Shown one piece after another: positions 48,589-58,753 of a DNA stretch of 64,000 nucleotides. This DNA comes from a virus. Its lineage: Duplodnaviria > Heunggongvirae > Uroviricota > Caudoviricetes. The first letter of the stretch is position 1, and each line of letters begins with the position of its first letter. The notes below the pieces were generated by a model. It worked only from the letters and a program-made list of their open reading frames with translations, did no database searches and was not told where the DNA came from. The stretch is from the IMG/VR virus record IMGVR_UViG_3300026549_001031, one strand, 5' to 3'. The translations under genes were made by a program, and so were the position numbers.

Positions 48589-49344
48589 ATGACATTTAAG
48601 TTTAGGAAAAGTAACAATAGAAAAAGAGGGTTGCATATCAATTTTATAGCAACAGGCATTGCAGTGTGTTTAACACTGCTTGTTGGAATAGTTTGTGTCA
48701 AGGGTTATGTAGATGAATACAGCAATGAATTAGAAACTGAGCATGAGCAAATGGAAAATGAACAAAAGGTAAGTGTGGCGGAGCAGTCACTACAGAGTTC
48801 ACTAGCAAGTGCAAGTGAGATGAAAGACAACATGAATAATGGTAGATACAATGGAACAATTGATACACTCAAGTTTATTGTTGAGGTTACAAATATTAAA
48901 AAGGGAGATACACAGACAGTTGTAACTGGTAACACAGTAATGACTGGTAAATACATTGGTCAAATCAAGATAGTTTATAACAATGAAAACATTGACATTG
49001 AAATTAAGAGATTTGGAACATATAAGTTTACTACAGAGCCTTTAATGACAATGGGTGATCCTGTAAAGGTGAATATGGTATCATGTACAAAGGCGAGTAA
49101 TAAAGATAAAAAGAAATTAGCAAACAATAAGAAAAAGAGTTCAACATACGCTGATAGGATGTTAAGCTATAAGAGAATGATACTAAAAGACATTATTAAA
49201 GATGCTAACAGTAATTATTATAGTTGGACAGATGGAGAAATTAAGAACTATCAAGCATTTTTAAGGTCTAAGGGTTATAAAGGTAAGGACAGTAAGGTTT
49301 ATACAATTAAGCAGTTAAAAAGTAAAGCTGGGCGTAAAAAATAG
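48589..49344 (+). CDS. Membrane-anchored hypothetical protein
   Basis: AAGGA RBS; TM helix near the N-terminus. Confidence 0.65.
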   Translation: MTFKFRKSNNRKRGLHINFIATGIAVCLTLLVGIVCVKGYVDEYSNELETEHEQMENEQKVSVAEQSLQSSLASASEMKDNMNNGRYNGTIDTLKFIVEVTNIKKGDTQTVVTGNTVMTGKYIGQIKIVYNNENIDIEIKRFGTYKFTTEPLMTMGDPVKVNMVSCTKASNKDKKKLANNKKKSSTYADRMLSYKRMILKDIIKDANSNYYSWTDGEIKNYQAFLRSKGYKGKDSKVYTIKQLKSKAGRKK

Positions 49345-49404
49345 CTTAAAAATAATATAAATTGTATTTTAATTTTTATTTTTTGTTGAAAGGTGGGAAT
49401 ACAA

Positions 49405-49878
49405 ATGAACTTGGCAGGTTTAGTAGAGGCTTATAACCATGGCGTTACAAAAGTAAAGAAAGACAAGGATACTCCTTATGCTGCATTACAGGTGGCAGAG
49501 GTTGGAGGTCAGGCAATGAATGTTGATACAGCTAGACAGCTATGTGCTAGTTTAGGCGTAGTTGAAATGTATTGCAATCCTTTTGAGGAATTGAGTAACC
49601 TTAACAAATACATTAAGGAGTTTAGCAAGTTTAAGGAGATGCCTCAGGTATATGCAAATACACAGGTGGATTTCATGAATAGACGTGGAGATTTACCTGG
49701 TTCATCATATAACAGAGTACATTTCAATTGTCCGGGCGTATTTGAAGTTTCAGTAATCATTGGAATGAAGAGTTGTGGAGCATCACATGTGGTTTATGAC
49801 TCGTTTACAAATAATGCAATTGGAAAATACAGAACATTTGGTAAAGCAGTTGAGGGCATTATCAGTAAGATTGATTAG
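49405..49878 (+). CDS. Hypothetical protein
   Basis: Open frame with RBS-like AAGGTGGG. Confidence 0.6.
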   Translation: MNLAGLVEAYNHGVTKVKKDKDTPYAALQVAEVGGQAMNVDTARQLCASLGVVEMYCNPFEELSNLNKYIKEFSKFKEMPQVYANTQVDFMNRRGDLPGSSYNRVHFNCPGVFEVSVIIGMKSCGASHVVYDSFTNNAIGKYRTFGKAVEGIISKID

Positions 49879-49926
49879 CCTTGAACATTAAAAATAAAAG
49901 TATTGAAAATTTAGGAGGATAACAAT

Positions 49927-50397
49927 ATGAAGGCAAGAGATGTGTTATTAGGAGTAGTAGTTGGTGCAGGAGTTGCAGTAGTTGGTGCTAAAGTTGCAAC
50001 AAAGAAATACATGGATACACATGGTTTTTCTGATGTAGCACAGAGAATGGCAGCTGATGGCAAGAGAATCGCAGAGGATAGCAAGGATCTTGGTAGAGTG
50101 ATGGCAGAGAGTGCTAAAGAGGCAGCTGGTAAGGCAAAGGCTCATGGAGAGAGATTCGTAAGTGATGCAAAGGAAAAGATCAATGAGGCAGTTGCTAAAA
50201 AGAGCAGTGACATAGGTGAAGCTGACGAAGATGCATTTGAGGATGAGGAATTCAAGGAAAGTGCAGAGGCAGAGAAAGAATACGGCTTCGACGATGATTA
50301 TGACGAAGAGGAGTCAGAAGAGGCTACAGTGGAAAACGGTGACAGCAGCGAAGATGCAGGGGAAAAGTCATCAGATGATGAGGACCTGCTAGATTAG
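49927..50397 (+). CDS. YtxH-like protein (Gly/Ala-rich N-terminal helix, acidic tail)
   Basis: LLGVVVGAGVAVVG, Ala/Lys-rich helix, D/E-rich tail. Confidence 0.5.
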   Translation: MKARDVLLGVVVGAGVAVVGAKVATKKYMDTHGFSDVAQRMAADGKRIAEDSKDLGRVMAESAKEAAGKAKAHGERFVSDAKEKINEAVAKKSSDIGEADEDAFEDEEFKESAEAEKEYGFDDDYDEEESEEATVENGDSSEDAGEKSSDDEDLLD

Positions 50398-50421
50398 TTT
50401 ATAAGAGAGGACAGTTAAAGA

Positions 50422-53160
50422 ATGGAACAGCAGAAATTCATTGACTTAGCAGAAGATATATTAGCTACGATAGGAACTCGTAAGCATGATATGGAAAATA
50501 GCAGACCTGCTACAAATGATTTGATTGTCACTGATATTTTGATGGGTCTTGGTTACAATATGAGAAGAGATACATCAGTTGAGAGGATATACTCTGGGGA
50601 CTATGATTGGTCTCTGGAGTCAGCTCAAGGTGACGCAGTAGCAGTTTATACAGTACCTGCTTGTAAGGAAATCACACTTGATAATGATTTGATGGTTGCA
50701 TTTGAAACATTGTCTGGTGTACCTTACAAGGTTGTCTTGGTAACAAATGCTGAGACATTAGAGATTTGGAAGTATGATAATGAATCAGAGAACAAATACA
50801 AAAGAGTTTATACAGTAGACTTTAAGAGTTTGGACGATACAGACTTTAAGGTGTTAGATGCAGTATCAAAACAGGGTTTTGATGAGGATATACTGGATGA
50901 GATCAGTAAGGACTGTGAAGTTACAGTAGAAAAAATCAAGAAATTATTTGATACACACATCAAGGGAATGTTACTCAACTTGGTTACAAATTCAGGCGCT
51001 GACGAAAATGAGGCAAGCAATGTCATTGACGAGTTTATGAACAAGATGTCATTTGACAATGAGAGTATTGTCTCTGGTGGAATTGACATCAGCAATGAAG
51101 AAGTAAACAAACTCAGGGCAATGTTGAATGAGAGCAATGAGAAAATCAAGAGACTTGAGAGCAATGAGGCACGTGCAGAGAGTGATAAGGTTGACAGCTA
51201 TATTGAACAGATTAGAGACCTTAACATTAAGATGAGTGACAAAGATAAAAAGATTGAGGAACTTGAGGAAGAGAATAAAGACCTTAAGGACCAAATCAAT
51301 CAGCTATCAGGTTCTGATAGAAAGCGTGCTCAGGAAATGTTAGACTTGATGGATGATAACCCTGAATCACCTAGAAATTACGTGGCAGTTGTAAATTCTG
51401 AATTGTTACAGAATGATAATTTACATACATTTGTAGGTAGAGTAATGCAGAAGTTGTATGGCATTAAGAGTTTAGAGGCTTCACAGTACATTTTTAATGG
51501 AGAGCTGTTCAAGTTAAACAGCAATGCAGTTAGAAATGACTTGAGAATGAACTCAAAGAATTATGACATTGACTTTAGAGAGGGTGAGACAGAGGATGAA
51601 ATCCTTAACAAGTTAAGGGTTTTGATGAGCAACTTCAGTGATGTTGTGTTTGAGTGTAAAAAGATTGGTTCATTACATCCTGTTAAGAATCAGGCATATG
51701 AGGATGGATTTGAAAACCCTGGGGATTCTGGAGAGAGTCAAGGATTTGATGGAAATGAGCAGGACTTCAATGGAAATGAGCAGGACTTTGATGAATCAGA
51801 CAGCTATGAGGAAGATGGTTTAGCAATTGATTCAGAGAATGGCAACTTTGAAGGAAACATTGGAGCATTTGATTCAGGAGAGCAGGGCTTCAATGAAGAG
51901 GCAGATGGACAAGGCTTTGAAGAAAATGAATCAGCAGAGGATTCAGGTTTTGACAGCATGGCTGGGTTTAATGCTGACAACAATGAATTTGAGCCTGGTT
52001 TTAATTCAGAGACAGATAGTTTTGGAGAGTTTATTCCTGATGAAACAGAAGTACCTGAAGAAAATGATGAATTTACATCTGATAAACAGAGAAAACCTGT
52101 ATTGTTAGCCTGTCAGCTTTCAACAGTTGACGAACTCATTTGGTCAGATGAAGAGATCAATTTCAAGAGTGTTAAATACATTACAGATGATCAAATGAAG
52201 CTTGTGTTCTCAATCAATAATGATGGTGGAAATGATAATACATTATGTAAATGTATCAATGCAATGTTAGCAATTGAGGCACATAAGAAAAATAAAGATA
52301 TCATTAAGCAGGTTAAGCTTAAGAATTTCTCACAGGTCAATTCATTTATTAAGCTATACACAGAGCAATATAAAGATTGTCCTAGAATCAATGGTACTAA
52401 ATACGCTATATGCGGTGTGAGTACAGTAGGAAATATTGGTTCTGCACTGAATGATATTGGTAAGGCACTGAATATTGATACATCTTCAATGTTTATTTAC
52501 TTTGAGGCTGAAACAGATTCATATTCAATTTTGGATAATTACCAGTATGATGAGAACTATATCACACCTAGAGAGAATGTGAACTTTGTAAGTAGTGGAA
52601 ACAACACTATGAAAGAAGTAGTTCTCCGTGGAGATATGTTGAGTAGCATTGTTATTACTAAGAATTCATTACAGGTTCAGAAAGAGATCTTATCAAATAT
52701 TGTAGCAGTTAAAACAAAATACATTGGTAAGGTAATTCATTCATCAGAGGGATCTGATGGTGCCTTGGTAAATAGCAATGAGGATGTTGCAGAAGTCTTC
52801 AGTAAAATGTTGATGGAGGCTAGGGCAAATGGAACTAACATTGATCCTAAAGATATATGCACTGTGATTGGTACAGGATATAAACTTATGTCCTATAATG
52901 AAAATGATGTGGCACCTGATCATATGGAAATGAGCATTGAGGGAGAAAAGATTTACATTTCTAAATTAGAGAATTGGCAAATGGTTGAATCCCTTGTAAA
53001 GGTTCATACAGTGTTGTTTAATAATACTGGCATTGCTATTAAAATTCATACAAATGTGGATGCAATTAACTTCTATGGTACACAGTTCTGCACAGCAGAG
53101 CCAACATTAAGTTTAGCAGTGAACAGTTTAGTTAACTACGTTACAAGTTGTTTTAAGTAA
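50422..53160 (+). CDS. Large protein: HsdR-N-like N-terminus, coiled coil, acidic Phe/Gly repeats
   Basis: ATNDLIVTDILMGLGYN and VLVTNAETLEIWKY resemble the type I REase R N-terminal domain; heptad region ~aa 225-300. Confidence 0.55.
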   Translation: MEQQKFIDLAEDILATIGTRKHDMENSRPATNDLIVTDILMGLGYNMRRDTSVERIYSGDYDWSLESAQGDAVAVYTVPACKEITLDNDLMVAFETLSGVPYKVVLVTNAETLEIWKYDNESENKYKRVYTVDFKSLDDTDFKVLDAVSKQGFDEDILDEISKDCEVTVEKIKKLFDTHIKGMLLNLVTNSGADENEASNVIDEFMNKMSFDNESIVSGGIDISNEEVNKLRAMLNESNEKIKRLESNEARAESDKVDSYIEQIRDLNIKMSDKDKKIEELEEENKDLKDQINQLSGSDRKRAQEMLDLMDDNPESPRNYVAVVNSELLQNDNLHTFVGRVMQKLYGIKSLEASQYIFNGELFKLNSNAVRNDLRMNSKNYDIDFREGETEDEILNKLRVLMSNFSDVVFECKKIGSLHPVKNQAYEDGFENPGDSGESQGFDGNEQDFNGNEQDFDESDSYEEDGLAIDSENGNFEGNIGAFDSGEQGFNEEADGQGFEENESAEDSGFDSMAGFNADNNEFEPGFNSETDSFGEFIPDETEVPEENDEFTSDKQRKPVLLACQLSTVDELIWSDEEINFKSVKYITDDQMKLVFSINNDGGNDNTLCKCINAMLAIEAHKKNKDIIKQVKLKNFSQVNSFIKLYTEQYKDCPRINGTKYAICGVSTVGNIGSALNDIGKALNIDTSSMFIYFEAETDSYSILDNYQYDENYITPRENVNFVSSGNNTMKEVVLRGDMLSSIVITKNSLQVQKEILSNIVAVKTKYIGKVIHSSEGSDGALVNSNEDVAEVFSKMLMEARANGTNIDPKDICTVIGTGYKLMSYNENDVAPDHMEMSIEGEKIYISKLENWQMVESLVKVHTVLFNNTGIAIKIHTNVDAINFYGTQFCTAEPTLSLAVNSLVNYVTSCFK

Positions 53161-53187
53161 GATAAATTAAGGTGTAAGCGGTGCTTA

Positions 53188-53988
53188 ATGGAGTTGAGCA
53201 TCGCTTATATTTTTATAAGAGTGCGTGATTTATGGGTGGAGCATATGAATATCAGTGAGGTTTGTAGAAGAGGCTATTTTGACAATGTAATTATTGATGG
53301 TTATACAATGCCATTGTATAATAGCATGGGAATTGAATTACATAACAATGAGTCTTTGAATGAGGCATTGGACTTAAAAACACAAGCATATTTACATGGT
53401 TTAGCTAAAATCAGAGTAAATATTTATGGCAAGGTTGAAAATTATGAATCTGCAGAGGATATAACGCAGATGCAATTATATAGAAGCGAGGAACTTGGTT
53501 TAATAAGACAAGCAATAGGAAAATTTGATAGATACTTGATTGGATATGTGGATATCATTATTGTAAAAGGGAATTGTGTTTTTCCTACTGATGTGGAAAG
53601 CAAGGGAATTTCAGAAGAGACAGCAGTTAAATTGGCAAAGTCAGATGGTCAGTTTAACTTAATCATTCAGGCAATAAAGATGCAAAAAGATAAGGATATC
53701 AATATAGCAATTATAGACAAGATATTCATAGATAAGCACTTCAGAAGGTGTGGAGTGGCATCTTGGATGCATGATAACATTCAGGAAGTGGTTAAGGTAT
53801 TTGGTTTAATTGACATAAACGATGTGCTGTTAACACCTGGTGATTTTACACAAGCAGCTGAAACAGAGTTCAACATGAGTACAAAACAGTACAATAAAAT
53901 GTTGGCTAAGCACTACAAGGGGCTTGGGTACAGATTTATTGCACCTGATATAATGTGTAAGCATATAAGGAAACAATTATTATTTTAG
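53188..53988 (+). CDS. GNAT-like acetyltransferase
   Basis: IDKIFIDKHFRRCGVAS (acetyl-CoA loop) and HYKGLGY. Confidence 0.6.
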   Translation: MELSIAYIFIRVRDLWVEHMNISEVCRRGYFDNVIIDGYTMPLYNSMGIELHNNESLNEALDLKTQAYLHGLAKIRVNIYGKVENYESAEDITQMQLYRSEELGLIRQAIGKFDRYLIGYVDIIIVKGNCVFPTDVESKGISEETAVKLAKSDGQFNLIIQAIKMQKDKDINIAIIDKIFIDKHFRRCGVASWMHDNIQEVVKVFGLIDINDVLLTPGDFTQAAETEFNMSTKQYNKMLAKHYKGLGYRFIAPDIMCKHIRKQLLF

Positions 53989-54237
53989 TTACAAGCAAAA
54001 ATTTGGGTGTTTTAAGGGGTTTTTATTGTTAAGTGGTAAAGTGTTAGGGTAAGTATATAAAACTTGAATTTGGGGTGAAATTCAAAGCCACAGAGGTATT
54101 CTAGGATAGAAAGAGTTTATGTACTGGAAAATGGAAATTTCAAAAATAATTGAAAAATGTGCATGTATTTGGACATGTAATTATAGAAATTAAGAATTTT
54201 TAATTTATAACAGAAAAAGAAAGGAAAATTAAACAGC

Positions 54238-54828
54238 ATGAAAAGAATATTTTTAGACACTGAGACATCAGGATTAAGACCTGGTCAGATTGGACAACTT
54301 TCAATTATCATTGTAACAGACAATGAGAAAGAGGGAGAAGCAGCAAAGATAGAGAGCTATAACTACTATTTTGAAATGGATTACATTGAGCGTGGTGCAG
54401 AAGAAGCATGCGGAAGAGGATTGGACTTCTATAAAGAGGCTTCAGGTGGTAGAAAGTTTAAGGATGATGCAGCAGAGATTTTCAATCTGCTTAAAGATGG
54501 AACAGTGATTGCACATAACATCAAATTTGATAACAATTTCTTAAGTACAGAATTTTGGAGATTAGGTCTGACATATGCACCTCAGGGAGTATTTGATACG
54601 ATGGCTTATTTTAAGGATGTGCTTAAAATTCCTGGTAGGAGGACAAAGTACAAGAATCCTAAGCTTTGTGATGTTACAAACTTCTTAGGAATTACAGAAA
54701 AAGACATTGAGGAAGAGACAGCAAGGTTATTTGATAATGGTGCAGCAGAATTTCATGATGCAACATTTGATACAGCAGCATTATATTTGATTTACTTAAA
54801 AGAAAGTGAAAGACGAGCAAATGGCTAA
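54238..54828 (+). CDS. DEDDh 3'-5' exonuclease (Pol III epsilon-like)
   Basis: FLDTETSG, AHNIKFD, DTM, HDATFD. Confidence 0.88.
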   Translation: MKRIFLDTETSGLRPGQIGQLSIIIVTDNEKEGEAAKIESYNYYFEMDYIERGAEEACGRGLDFYKEASGGRKFKDDAAEIFNLLKDGTVIAHNIKFDNNFLSTEFWRLGLTYAPQGVFDTMAYFKDVLKIPGRRTKYKNPKLCDVTNFLGITEKDIEEETARLFDNGAAEFHDATFDTAALYLIYLKESERRANG

Positions 54829-55540
54829 AAAGAGAACTTATAAGAAAAAGGCAGACAGCACTAAACCAATACCTGTACTTAAGCCTGTTGAAGCAGGTGC
54901 ACCTGGAAGCTTCTTGGGGCAAGCAAGTAAATTAGGTGTGCAGAGGGCAGATGAAGAGGTACATAAGATTGAAAAGATGGATACAGAGTTTCCTTATATA
55001 CCTGCAGTGTTAATGACTAGGGCGGAAATCAAATTATACAGGTTTCTTTTGAATAATCTTGACTTAATTGATAGAGTTACAATATTTACTAAAGTAAGAC
55101 TGGCTGATATAATTCAGGTCAATGATAAAATTACTAGAGATCCTGTGTATTTTTACAAGATAGCAAGTAAGCATATTGATTTCCTTATTGTAAATAAAGA
55201 GACACTTGATGTAATATGTGCATTGGAATTAGATGATTATACACATAAATCAGAAGATAGACAAAAAAGGGACTTCTTTGTTGAATCAGCATTGAGAGCA
55301 GCAGGGGTGCCTCTTGAAAGAATAGGTGTCAAGATAGATAACATTAAGAAATGTGATCTGTCATTACTTGAGGAAAGAGTTTATAATGCATTTGCACCTG
55401 CTTGTGAAAAGTGTGGTAAGAAAATGGTGCTACGTGTAAACAATTGGAATGGACGTAAGTTTTATGCTTGCATAGACAATGTAAAGTGTAGACATACATT
55501 GAATCTTTGGGAAGTTTTTGATACTATAGGAAAAGCATAG
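54821..55540 (+). CDS. DUF2726 family protein with C-terminal Zn ribbon
   Basis: MTRAEIKLY, KVRLADII, KHIDFLI, ELDDYTH, RDFFV; CEKCGKKMVLR...FYAC...C. Confidence 0.8.
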   Translation: MAKKRTYKKKADSTKPIPVLKPVEAGAPGSFLGQASKLGVQRADEEVHKIEKMDTEFPYIPAVLMTRAEIKLYRFLLNNLDLIDRVTIFTKVRLADIIQVNDKITRDPVYFYKIASKHIDFLIVNKETLDVICALELDDYTHKSEDRQKRDFFVESALRAAGVPLERIGVKIDNIKKCDLSLLEERVYNAFAPACEKCGKKMVLRVNNWNGRKFYACIDNVKCRHTLNLWEVFDTIGKA

Positions 55541-55559
55541 GAAATGAGGGATAGGGCAA

Positions 55560-56849
55560 ATGGCTAGATTAAAAAGCAAGAAAATGAGAAATTCAAACTT
55601 TGGGGATACAGTGACAACATTCTTTTTATGGTTTATACCTATTGTTATAATTGTGTCCTTCATATGGGCACAAAATAATTACATAACAGTTTCAATGAAT
55701 ACATTTGAATCAGAGAGTATGCCTAAGAAATTTGTAGGGTACTCAATTGTTCAGGTATCAGACTTAGATAACTCAAGTAAGGTAGGTAAAATTGTAAGTA
55801 AGACAAAAGAGTTAAAGCCTGACATCATTGTATTAACAGGTGGTTACTATGATAAAAATGGTAATTGCAATAATTCAGTTAAAGCAGTCACTAAATTAGC
55901 AAAGATTGCACCTACTTATTATGTTACATCACCTGATGATAAAGAGGACTGTTTAGCAAGTACAGGTGCAATAAATGTATCAAACACATTAGCAAGAATA
56001 GAGCCTGAGCAATTAACAGCAGAGCAGTTTATAAAGAAAAACTACGGCGATGACATTATTAACAAGGCAAAGGCAGGAGATAAGAAGTCCTCTGAATATG
56101 TGAAATACATTGAGACAGAATTAAGTAAGTCATCAGATGGACAAATGGCACTTAGTTTAATTGGTTTGACTTCAGATTCAACAAGTGAAAAAGTGAATGT
56201 GGATGATGCACAGCTTAGTACAGAAGAGGCTATGCAGAGACAGATAGACACAACACTTGAGGAATATAAGGAGACACATCCTGATGCAACAGAAAACACT
56301 GATTCAGACTTAAATGCATTACTTGGAACAGATACAGCAAGTTCAGATTCAAGCGAGACAGAGTCAAATGAAAGTGTAGACAGTACACAGAGTAGTGAAG
56401 ATGAAGGAACAGTCATTGATACTGATGAAAACGAGCTTAAGAAGGCAACAGATGCACTTACAAAGTATGATGACTCACATTACAGAATTGCATTACTTGG
56501 TGATATCAGCAAGGCAGACTTGCTTAATGGAGCAAAGTTAAACCTTATTTTTGCAGGTGGTACACATGGTACATCTGATGTAAGTCAGTATAGTAAGGGA
56601 ATGTATACAGTTGGTAATATATCATTATTAGTAAGTGGTGGCATTGGTAAACCTGATTCAGGCAGTAGATTTCTGAATTTACCTGAAATAAATTACATTA
56701 GATTGTCAGATGGTACAATCAAACAAAAAAATACACTAGAGAAGTTTATTGATAAGTTTTATAAGGGCGACGTCAAAACTATTTTTGACAATGATGGTGG
56801 TTTTTCTAAGCATACTTACAGAGTAAATAGCAGTGGAGAAATGAAGTAA
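55560..56849 (+). CDS. Membrane-anchored metallophosphoesterase-like protein, catalytically degenerate
   Basis: IVQVSDLDN, KPDIIVLTGG, APTYYVTSPDD, AGGTHG, SGGIG...RF...PEI. Confidence 0.65.
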   Translation: MARLKSKKMRNSNFGDTVTTFFLWFIPIVIIVSFIWAQNNYITVSMNTFESESMPKKFVGYSIVQVSDLDNSSKVGKIVSKTKELKPDIIVLTGGYYDKNGNCNNSVKAVTKLAKIAPTYYVTSPDDKEDCLASTGAINVSNTLARIEPEQLTAEQFIKKNYGDDIINKAKAGDKKSSEYVKYIETELSKSSDGQMALSLIGLTSDSTSEKVNVDDAQLSTEEAMQRQIDTTLEEYKETHPDATENTDSDLNALLGTDTASSDSSETESNESVDSTQSSEDEGTVIDTDENELKKATDALTKYDDSHYRIALLGDISKADLLNGAKLNLIFAGGTHGTSDVSQYSKGMYTVGNISLLVSGGIGKPDSGSRFLNLPEINYIRLSDGTIKQKNTLEKFIDKFYKGDVKTIFDNDGGFSKHTYRVNSSGEMK

Positions 56850-56948
56850 GGTTTGGCAATAGCATTTGGTGGTAAGAGTTATTACCTGTTTAATGTCATT
56901 GGTTTTAAGAGAAAGAAAAATTAAAAATAATAATTAGAGAGGTAATAA

Positions 56949-57908
56949 TTGGAAATGAGCAAGTATAGTCCAGAATTTTTGACAAGTATGCATAGGGAGC
57001 CTATGACACTTAATTTTATAAAGCAGGCAATTAAAGATAGATCTATGCTGGAGGGTTTAGTAATTGCATGCAGCGAATCACATGAATTGACTATTGATAT
57101 TGGACGTGGGATTGTAGGAAAGGTTGCATTTGAGGAGGTTGAGTACCATTATGATGGTTCACCTATCAAAGAAGTTTCTGCAAGGTCACGTGTAGGAAAA
57201 TACATTAAGTTTATTGCCTTGGGTATTGAGAAAGTGGGAGATAGCTATGTTGTAGAGTGTTCAAGACGTGAGGCACAAAAGGAGTGTCATGAGAATTTTA
57301 TTTCTAAGCTTGAGCCTGGAGATATAGTACCTGCTAGATTATTGAGGATTGAAGATTATGGAATCTTCTGTGACATTGGTTGCGGTATTGTGGCCTTATT
57401 ACCTACAAATAATATTAGTGTCACACATATTGTAAATCCTAAGGTAATATTAAGGGATGTGAAGAGACTTTCAGTAGTAATTCAGAGTATTGATGAAAAT
57501 TACAAGATACAGTTAACACACAAGGAATTGCTTGGAACTTGGGAAGAGAACATTGCAAAGTTCCATGAGGATGAAATTGTGCATGGTGCAGTGATCTCTG
57601 TTGAAGATTATGGTGTCTTTGTTAGATTAAGTCAAAACCTGTCTGGTTTATCAGAGTTACCTGATGATATTCAGGTAGAGCCTGGTAATATGGTGGCAGT
57701 AAAGATTAATCACATTTCACCTAAGAATATGAAGGTTAAGCTTCTGATTATGGATAGGACCATGGAAGATGAACCTGAATCATTAAAATTTGAATACAAG
57801 AAAACAAGTGGACATATAGATGAATGGCATTACTCCACACCAACAGCAAAGAAACAGATTGATTCTGTGTTTAGACCTGTTGATAATGGAGGAAAGCAGG
57901 AAGGTTAG
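56949..57908 (+). CDS. Multi-S1-domain RNA-binding protein (ribosomal S1-like)
   Basis: Three OB/S1 repeats: IEDYGIFCDIG, VEDYGVFVRL...GL. Confidence 0.8.
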   Translation: MEMSKYSPEFLTSMHREPMTLNFIKQAIKDRSMLEGLVIACSESHELTIDIGRGIVGKVAFEEVEYHYDGSPIKEVSARSRVGKYIKFIALGIEKVGDSYVVECSRREAQKECHENFISKLEPGDIVPARLLRIEDYGIFCDIGCGIVALLPTNNISVTHIVNPKVILRDVKRLSVVIQSIDENYKIQLTHKELLGTWEENIAKFHEDEIVHGAVISVEDYGVFVRLSQNLSGLSELPDDIQVEPGNMVAVKINHISPKNMKVKLLIMDRTMEDEPESLKFEYKKTSGHIDEWHYSTPTAKKQIDSVFRPVDNGGKQEG

Positions 57909-57917
57909 AGGTTAGAC

Positions 57918-58724
57918 ATGATATTTGTTACAGGTGATACTCATGGTTACTTCAAAAGCAGGTTTAACACTAAGAATTTTCCAGAGCAATACAGTATGAC
58001 AAAGAATGATTACGTTATAATCGTTGGGGATTTTGGTGGTATTTGGGATGAGCGTGGAGAAACTAAAGAGGAAAAGCACTGGCTAGATTGGTTTGACACT
58101 AGACGATATACTTTGTTGTTCATAGATGGTAACCATGAGAATTTTGACAGGCTTTATGATTATCCTGTAATACCTTGGCATGGCGGTTATGTACATCAAA
58201 TTAGGAATAGTGTTTACCATTTAATGAGAGGTCAGATTTACAATTTGTGTGGTAAGACAATATTTACTTTTGGTGGCGCAAGGTCAAGTGATGCTGAGGG
58301 CGGAATATTTGAGTCTAAGAAAGATCCTAGATTACTTGCTAATAAAAAGTGGTTGCATAGGAATAATGTGAACTACAGAATAAATCATGTGTCTTGGTGG
58401 GCACAAGAGATGCCTACAGAGAATGAGATGCAGTTGGGCATGAAAAATTTAGCAGATCATGGTTTATATGCAGACTTGGTATTAACTCATTGCTGTGCAA
58501 ATAGTACACAGACACTAGTTGAGGAAGAGTTAAACAATAAAATTATGTTGTTACATAAGAATAAAGAGCTAAAGCAATTCAAATATAATGAATTGACAAG
58601 TTATTTTGAATTTATTAAGCAGCATATAAGATATGGCAAGTGGATTTTTGGTCACTACCATGATAATATGAATGTTACACCTAATGAAATTCTAATATAT
58701 GAGCAGATAATTAGAGTTGCATAA
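57918..58724 (+). CDS. Calcineurin-like metallophosphoesterase
   Basis: GDTHG, GDFG, DGNHE, THC, FGHYH. Confidence 0.9.
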   Translation: MIFVTGDTHGYFKSRFNTKNFPEQYSMTKNDYVIIVGDFGGIWDERGETKEEKHWLDWFDTRRYTLLFIDGNHENFDRLYDYPVIPWHGGYVHQIRNSVYHLMRGQIYNLCGKTIFTFGGARSSDAEGGIFESKKDPRLLANKKWLHRNNVNYRINHVSWWAQEMPTENEMQLGMKNLADHGLYADLVLTHCCANSTQTLVEEELNNKIMLLHKNKELKQFKYNELTSYFEFIKQHIRYGKWIFGHYHDNMNVTPNEILIYEQIIRVA

Positions 58725-58753
58725 GGAGTAATGAGGAAGGACAAGTTAAGTTT

